A stretch of 60,910 nt of DNA from a virus. Taxonomy: Duplodnaviria; Caudoviricetes. The notes under the pieces were generated by a model. The model was not told where the DNA came from. It saw only the letters and a list, made by a program, of their open reading frames with translations, and made no database searches. The stretch covers positions 1 through 60,910 of the IMG/VR virus record IMGVR_UViG_3300042557_001137; one strand, written 5' to 3'. Below are positions 55,469 to 60,910 of this stretch, in pieces (the first letter of the stretch is position 1; each line of letters starts with the position of its first letter). The translations under genes were made by a program, and so were the position numbers.

Positions 55469-56224
55469 GTGGCACCACTAACGCAGACTACCAGGCCGGA
55501 TTCCGTCGACTTTTTGCAGGAAAAGCCTGTAAAACTAGGCCCGGTTCCGACCTGGTCTTACTCAGCGCTTAAGACTTTCGAAGAGTGTCCGTATCGGACA
55601 TACATTCAACGAGTCAAGAAGATCCCTGAGCCGCCTAGTCCAGCAGCTGATCGCGGCACAGCTATCCACAAGCTGGCCGAGCGGTACGTTAAAGGCGAAC
55701 TGGCTGAACTGCCTATAGAGCTAGCCAAGTTCAAGAACTCGTATCACGAGCTCAGGGCCTTGTACGTTGAAGCCAAGGTCGAAGTCGAAGGCGAATGGGG
55801 CTACACCATCGATTGGCAGCCTGCTCCGTGGATGGGCTCTCAGACTTGGGCCCGGATCAAGTTAGACGCGCTGGTGCACCAAGACGAGACAAGCGCCAGG
55901 GTCATTGACTACAAGACCGGCAAGAAATTCGGCAACGAAATCGGCCATGCCCAGCAGTGTCTGCTGTACGCTATCGGCACTTTCTTTCGTTACGAGCGCC
56001 TTCAGCTTGTCCAAACCGAGCTTTGGTATCTCGACAAAGGTGAAGACACTAAACGAGTTTTCACCCGCGAAGAAGCCATGCAATTCGCTCCTGGATTCCA
56101 TCGACGAGGCGTGTTGATGACGTCTTGTACTGATTTTGCACCAACTCCAAGCAAAGACTCTTGCCGTTGGTGTCCTTACGGCAAAGGCGAACACCCCGAG
56201 TGTACTTGGGGCGTCGCCCCCTGA
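55469..56224 (+). CDS. PD-(D/E)XK (RecB/Cas4-like) exonuclease
   Basis: WSYS.L..F..CP, RGTAIH, LD..IDYKTG, Q..LY, CRWC...C. Confidence 0.88.
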   Translation: MAPLTQTTRPDSVDFLQEKPVKLGPVPTWSYSALKTFEECPYRTYIQRVKKIPEPPSPAADRGTAIHKLAERYVKGELAELPIELAKFKNSYHELRALYVEAKVEVEGEWGYTIDWQPAPWMGSQTWARIKLDALVHQDETSARVIDYKTGKKFGNEIGHAQQCLLYAIGTFFRYERLQLVQTELWYLDKGEDTKRVFTREEAMQFAPGFHRRGVLMTSCTDFAPTPSKDSCRWCPYGKGEHPECTWGVAP

Positions 56225-56228
56225 TACT

Positions 56229-56256
56229 AAAACCCCGCTACTACGCGGGGTTTTTT
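56229..56256 (+). terminator. intrinsic terminator
   Basis: AAAACCCCGC/GCGGGGTTTT stem with T-run. Confidence 0.8.
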
Positions 56257-56366
56257 ATGGGCTATCAAAGCTCACGTAACAGGAGAGCCTATGAGCTGGT
56301 TCCTTCGGCTGTTTGCAGTCGTAGAAGTCATCCTATTTCTCAAACAGTTACGAGAACAAAACGAAA

Positions 56367-57026
56367 ATGACTCAACTGACGCGTACAAAATACCGGAAAA
56401 GCGTAGTCCTTCCAGCGCCAGATCGCCGGACTATACTGAAACCGGGGAGCAATAACGCTAAGCTGGGGGGCTCCGTCCGCAAAGGCATGTGGAAGGGGCT
56501 CCCCATTTTTTCTATCACGCTCGAAGAACGTCGTACTTGCCCTACTACCTGTCAGCAATGGGACAACTGCTACGGCAACAACATGCCGTTTGCTCATCGC
56601 TTTGACCATACATCTGCGGTATTTTTACCACAACTTCACTCTGAATTGGCCCGTGCGCTGGAGCGGCACCCACAAGGCATAGTAGTTCGGCTGCATGTTC
56701 TTGGCGATTTCTACAGCAAGACCTACCTGCAGTTCTGGGAAAACGCTTTGTATAAGCGCCCTGGCCTTCGAGTGTTTGGCTACACCCACCACCCGGCCAA
56801 CAGCCCGTTGGGCAAACGGATCGCCAAGCTAAATCGAGATTACCCTAAACGCTGGCGGGTACGCTTTTCAGACGACCCAAACACTGAGTTCCGAGCAGAA
56901 GTTGTTGCGTCTGCACAACAAGCACCGGGCGTAGTTTGCCCGGAACAACTAGGCAAGACCAAGTCTTGCGGCACTTGCGCATACTGCTGGCACAGCGAAA
57001 AGCCAGTGTACTTTCTTGAACACTGA
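56367..57026 (+). CDS. GP88-like Cys-rich protein
   Basis: NAKLG, TCP..C....CY, VRLHVLGDF, GYT, VCPEQ....C..C..CW. Confidence 0.75.
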   Translation: MTQLTRTKYRKSVVLPAPDRRTILKPGSNNAKLGGSVRKGMWKGLPIFSITLEERRTCPTTCQQWDNCYGNNMPFAHRFDHTSAVFLPQLHSELARALERHPQGIVVRLHVLGDFYSKTYLQFWENALYKRPGLRVFGYTHHPANSPLGKRIAKLNRDYPKRWRVRFSDDPNTEFRAEVVASAQQAPGVVCPEQLGKTKSCGTCAYCWHSEKPVYFLEH

Positions 57027-57067
57027 GCAAGCTTCGGTTAGTATCGCTCAACTACTGGAAATTTCTA

Positions 57068-58414
57068 ATGCTAAAACCTTTCGATCATCAGAAAGAAACG
57101 ACTGAGTTTCTCGTCAAAACGCCTAGAGCTCTGGTCACTTCTGACCCCGGCACAGGCAAAACACGCAGCGTCATCGACGCATACGCCAAGCGCAAAGAAG
57201 GCCGGATGCTGGTATTGGCGCCGCTGTCCATCTTGGACGCTTCTTGGGCTGACGACTTGAAGAAATTCCAGCCCAACCTCACATTTGTCGTTGCTTACGC
57301 ACGCAACCGTGAAGAAGCGTTCAACGCTGACGTCGACATCGTCATCGCTAACCACGACGCGGTGAAATGGATCGCCAAGCATATGTACCTGCTTGACGAT
57401 TTCACTACTCTTGTCATCGACGAGTTTACCGCGTTCAAGAACAAAGACAGCCAGCGCAGCAAAGCCCTGGCGCGTATTGCTGCCAAATTCAAGTACCGGA
57501 TCGGTATGTCCGGTACTCCTAACAGCAACAGCATCCTGGACCTTTGGCATCCGACTTTCATCGTTGATGACGGTGAACGGCTAGGTAAGCGTTTTTACGG
57601 TTTCCGTTCTGCAGTCTGCACTTCGAAGTTCAACGGCTTTGCCAACGAATGGGTGGATAAGCCAAACGCCCAAGAGATTGTTGCTGCTACGATCAAAGAC
57701 ATCAACATCCGCTTCCGTCTTGAAGACTGCATGGACATGCCTGAGCAGTCTGTACACACAATGTGTGTACAACTGACCCCTGCCATCATGCAGCAGTACA
57801 AGACCTTAGCTGAAGACTCGGTTCTTTATACCGGCCAAGCCACGATCAACGCTGTCCATGCGGGGTCCAGGGCAAAGAAGCTTTTGCAGCTTTGCACTGG
57901 CGCCGTGTACACCGAAGACGGTACGCCTACCGGAATACACGAAGAGCGCTATGAGCTGGTGATGCAGCTTGTCAGCGAACGAAAACATTCATTGGTGGCT
58001 TTTAATTGGCGGCACGAGCGTGAGCATCTCGTCAAACTTGCAGAAGAGATGAAGCTCGACTACGGCGTCATCGACGGCGATACGCCAGCAAACAAACGCA
58101 AAGACATCGTCGATCGTATGCAAGCCGGACAGCTGCAAGTAGTGTTCGCTCACCCTCAATCCGCAGGCCACGGCTTGACATTGACCAAAGCCACTACTGT
58201 GATTTGGGCTTCGCCGACATACAACGCTGAGCACTACCAGCAGTTCAACCGTCGTATCTATCGTGCAGGCCAAAAGCAAAAAACTGAGATCATCCAGATC
58301 GCTGCAAACGACACTTGGGAAACAGAGGTCTACAAAAAGCTTTCTACCAAGCTTGAGCGTATGGACGAGCTGCTTATGATCCTGCGTATTTTGTCACCGA
58401 TGAGGAAGATCTAA
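57068..58414 (+). CDS. SNF2-like SF2 helicase
   Basis: DPGTGKT, VIDE, SGTP, KLLQL, HPQSAGHGLTL, Q...RIYRAGQ. Confidence 0.92.
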   Translation: MLKPFDHQKETTEFLVKTPRALVTSDPGTGKTRSVIDAYAKRKEGRMLVLAPLSILDASWADDLKKFQPNLTFVVAYARNREEAFNADVDIVIANHDAVKWIAKHMYLLDDFTTLVIDEFTAFKNKDSQRSKALARIAAKFKYRIGMSGTPNSNSILDLWHPTFIVDDGERLGKRFYGFRSAVCTSKFNGFANEWVDKPNAQEIVAATIKDINIRFRLEDCMDMPEQSVHTMCVQLTPAIMQQYKTLAEDSVLYTGQATINAVHAGSRAKKLLQLCTGAVYTEDGTPTGIHEERYELVMQLVSERKHSLVAFNWRHEREHLVKLAEEMKLDYGVIDGDTPANKRKDIVDRMQAGQLQVVFAHPQSAGHGLTLTKATTVIWASPTYNAEHYQQFNRRIYRAGQKQKTEIIQIAANDTWETEVYKKLSTKLERMDELLMILRILSPMRKI

Positions 58415-58791
58415 TGTCTGAAGGAACTAACATCAATGAGCTTATTGAACGCCGCGCGTTCATCAAGCATCAAGTCGATGAGCTTAACGCTCGTCTTAAA
58501 GAACTGAAGGAGCAGCAAGATACTACTGATATCGAGCTCCTCAAGAAAATGGACGCCGAAGGCTTGTCGCGGACTGCCAACGCACAGTACTCGGTGTCCA
58601 TCAATGAAGACACGGTACCCGAAGTCGTGAACTGGGATTCAGTCTACGAACACGTCGTCGCTACCCGTGACTTCAGTTTGATCCAGCGGAGGATAAGCTC
58701 CACGGCTTACAAAGAGCTGTTGAAGCTCGGGGAAGGAGTCCCCGGACTGGAACCCAGGACCATCCGCAAGATCAATTTCCGTTCGCTTTAA
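58414..58791 (+). CDS. conserved replication-module protein
   Basis: Coiled coil plus V.NWD..Y..LIQRRIS..VPG motif. Confidence 0.75.
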   Translation: MSEGTNINELIERRAFIKHQVDELNARLKELKEQQDTTDIELLKKMDAEGLSRTANAQYSVSINEDTVPEVVNWDSVYEHVVATRDFSLIQRRISSTAYKELLKLGEGVPGLEPRTIRKINFRSL

Positions 58792-58817
58792 TCTACTCTG
58801 AAAGGAATCATCAAGCT

Positions 58818-59501
58818 ATGTCTAGCACTTCAATCGCTCTTGTTTCTTCTGCTGTTCCAGCACACGCGATGGAAGGCACCGGTCTCGGTAACGAGAACGT
58901 TGGCCAGCACGTCACGATCCCCCGGGTCAAACTGCTTCAGAAGATGTCTGACGAAGTGGACAAGTACAACTCGAAGTACATCGCTGGCGCTGAGCCAGGT
59001 CACTTTTTCAACTCGTTGACCGGCCAGAACTACGGCGAAGAGCTGTACGTCATCAACCTGCTGTTCCGGAACGAATACGTGGTATGGCGCAACCGCGAAG
59101 CGGGCGGCGGCATCCTCGGATCGTTCAGCTCCATGCAGGACGCTCAGGCGGCCATCAAGTCTCAGCAGAAGCCTGAAGACTACACCGTCACCGATACCCA
59201 CTCCCACGTTCTGCTGATCAAGAATCCGGCCACCGGTGAGCTCGACAAGACCCCGGTGATCATGGATTTCTCCAGTTCCAAGATGCGGATCTCCCGCAGC
59301 TGGAACTCGATGATCGGCATCAAGGGTGGTAACCGGTTTTCGGGTCTTTGGAAGCTGAAGTCTGTCTCAGTCCAGAACAAGACCGGAGCCCAGTATATGA
59401 ACCTGGAGTCCGAGTTTGTCGGTTGGGCCACTGACGAAGACTATCAGTACGCCAAGTCGGTTTATTCCCAGCACGCCAATCTCGGCAATCTGGCGGACTA
59501 A
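58818..59501 (+). CDS. putative single-stranded DNA-binding protein
   Basis: G.EN...IPRVKLLQ.MS.E..GA..G.F.N.LT motif typical of phage SSBs in this module. Confidence 0.7.
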   Translation: MSSTSIALVSSAVPAHAMEGTGLGNENVGQHVTIPRVKLLQKMSDEVDKYNSKYIAGAEPGHFFNSLTGQNYGEELYVINLLFRNEYVVWRNREAGGGILGSFSSMQDAQAAIKSQQKPEDYTVTDTHSHVLLIKNPATGELDKTPVIMDFSSSKMRISRSWNSMIGIKGGNRFSGLWKLKSVSVQNKTGAQYMNLESEFVGWATDEDYQYAKSVYSQHANLGNLAD

Positions 59502-59511
59502 CCGTTAACCG

Positions 59512-59952
59512 ATGACCGAGCACGGTTTTATACGAGCCGTGCACGCTCGTCTTTCGCCGAGTTTGTTTCGGTGGAAGATCTGCGACAAGTTTGCCGGCGG
59601 TGTCCCTGACGCTTTTTACGCAGGGCCCGCCGGCACGCTTTTTGTCGAATACAAGTATCTGAAAGCGTTGCCCAAACGGAACAACACAGCTGTAAACACT
59701 TGTCTTACGCCGCAACAAATCTTGTGGCTTAACACAATGCACAAGTTCAACCATCCAGTGGCTTTGGTCATTGGAGTAGCAGATCAAGCAGTGATTCTTA
59801 CTTGCGGCGCTTGGAATTCAGTCCTTTCAAAGCAGCAATTCCAGCAGCTTGCTATACCTAAAAACGACGTTGCAGTCTGGATAGAACAGGCCTGCTTAAA
59901 AAAAAAAACTTACGCTATGAACCTAAAAAACGACTTTGAGGTGAAGCCATGA
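59512..59952 (+). CDS. VRR-NUC/Holliday-junction resolvase-like nuclease
   Basis: GVPD..FVEYK..LTPQQ..W. Confidence 0.75.
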   Translation: MTEHGFIRAVHARLSPSLFRWKICDKFAGGVPDAFYAGPAGTLFVEYKYLKALPKRNNTAVNTCLTPQQILWLNTMHKFNHPVALVIGVADQAVILTCGAWNSVLSKQQFQQLAIPKNDVAVWIEQACLKKKTYAMNLKNDFEVKP

Positions 59953-60164
59953 GCACGATCAACGACGGCGGGCAGGCGTTTCCGGCAGGGAATCCGACGC
60001 ACGGCGGTCACGAAGGCATGACCCTGCGCGACTGGTTCGCGGGTCAGGCGTTGGCGGGGATGGGCGTCGAATGCACTAGCGACGAATTCTGCCATTCGTC
60101 CGTAGCGGAATGCGCCTACGCCTACGCCGACGCCATGCTTCGGGCGCGGGAGGTGAAGCCGTGA
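59949..60164 (+). CDS. GMTLRDWFA-family small phage protein, ends EVKP
   Basis: DGG.AFP..GMTLRDWFAGQAL..AYAYADAML.AR. Confidence 0.85.
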   Translation: MSTINDGGQAFPAGNPTHGGHEGMTLRDWFAGQALAGMGVECTSDEFCHSSVAECAYAYADAMLRAREVKP

Positions 60165-60430
60165 CCACGCAACCAAAAGCCTTGTGGCTGGCTTATTTGC
60201 TCGACGTCGACCCAAGAAGTAAGGCGCATCATGACGAAGCCGCCGCCGAACTGCGCCGCCAACACGCTGAGATCAAGCGGTTGCGGTATGAAAATGAAGC
60301 GTGGGAGACTGCCGTTCGTAATTGCTTGGCGATGAGCAACGGACAAGAAAGCGAATGGGGCCTCCGAGCGCAATCCGCTTTTACGATTTTGCATAACGCC
60401 ATCGCCCGCGCAGAGGAGGTGAAGCCGTGA
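60161..60430 (+). CDS. QPKAL/AAAELRR-family cassette gene
   Basis: GTG start within the junction motif. Confidence 0.7.
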   Translation: MTTQPKALWLAYLLDVDPRSKAHHDEAAAELRRQHAEIKRLRYENEAWETAVRNCLAMSNGQESEWGLRAQSAFTILHNAIARAEEVKP

Positions 60431-60744
60431 GCGCGCAGCCCGAAGCGAAACAGGTGCCGTTAATTGAGCGGCTTGAGTCTGTCCCCGTCGATGCGCGATT
60501 GGCTGTCGATGATGGCCCGTACAGCACCTCGTTTTACGCGGTCGGCGCAATGGCACACGAAGCCGCCGCCGAACTGCGCCGCCTTCATGCGGTCAACGCG
60601 GAACTGTTGGAGAGGTTGAAGGTGGTTGCTTGGACGCTAAACCTTGTGCATCCCTACGGCGTACCCGAGTTTCTGCATGATGGAAGCGCATTTAGGAAAA
60701 GCATCATCGCCGCCATCGCAAAGGCAGAGGAGGTGAAGCCGTGA
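60427..60744 (+). CDS. QPEA/AAAELRRL-family cassette gene
   Basis: GTG start within the junction motif. Confidence 0.75.
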   Translation: MSAQPEAKQVPLIERLESVPVDARLAVDDGPYSTSFYAVGAMAHEAAAELRRLHAVNAELLERLKVVAWTLNLVHPYGVPEFLHDGSAFRKSIIAAIAKAEEVKP

Positions 60745-60910
60745 GCACGAAACTGGACGAAATGTGGGCGGCGCTAGAGGCGCACAAGCCTGCGCCGGAA
60801 TATGCGGAAGCGTGGGCGACGATGCTCAAGGAGCGGATGGCTGATGCGGCGGCTGATGCGGGGCGAGCGGCAGAATCCGCAGGGTTTTTTTCGGCTATGT
60901 CTGCGGCGTA
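60741..60910 (+). CDS. 3'-truncated cassette gene
   Basis: GTG within the junction motif; frame open to the window end (STKLDEMWAALEAH..). Confidence 0.65.
   Translation, partial: MSTKLDEMWAALEAHKPAPEYAEAWATMLKERMADAAADAGRAAESAGFFSAMSAA

Noticed and set aside
56291-56455. 54-aa ORF with AGGAG RBS before the GP88-like gene
   Set aside because: Overlaps the next gene by about 90 nt and has no recognisable motif; possible but unsupported
1-60910. tRNA genes, integrase/att sites, spanins, alternative genetic code, exact terminal overlap
   Set aside because: None seen by eye; genes read through normally with the standard code and the two window ends do not overlap. tRNAscan-SE and HMM searches would be needed to exclude them fully

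Overview
The window is a nearly complete, apparently circularly permuted dsDNA phage genome (about 61 kb) with podovirus-like architecture. A minus-strand late block (about 37330 to 1927) encodes an HNH-type nuclease, small and large terminase, a P22-like portal, scaffold, an N4-gp56/DUF4043-type major capsid protein, adaptors, ejection proteins (including a 2126-aa zincin-motif protein), holin and endolysin, many tail-fibre-like genes and a short C5 methyltransferase. A plus-strand block (37548 to 60910, continuing at 1 to 1897) encodes many small early genes, a MoxR-like AAA ATPase/Nmad5/vWA-metallopeptidase trio, family A DNA polymerase, a CsrA homologue, primase-helicase, PD-(D/E)XK nuclease, SNF2-like helicase, SSB and a dATP/dGTP diphosphohydrolase-like gene. 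I saw no integrase, RNA polymerase, tRNA, CRISPR array or reverse transcriptase. The most interesting signals are non-coding or structural: (1) four covarying hairpin(TTC loop)-CGGTCAG elements before early genes that resemble N4 virion-RNAP promoters, although no RNAP gene is recognisable; (2) a tandem array of small H-type pseudoknots in the capsid-gene leader; (3) small-gene cassette arrays joined by a near-identical 15-bp GAGGTGAAGCCGTGA junction at two distant loci; (4) a repeated intergenic pseudoknot; and (5) an iteron-rich origin-like region. All family assignments come from motif recognition by eye, not database searches.
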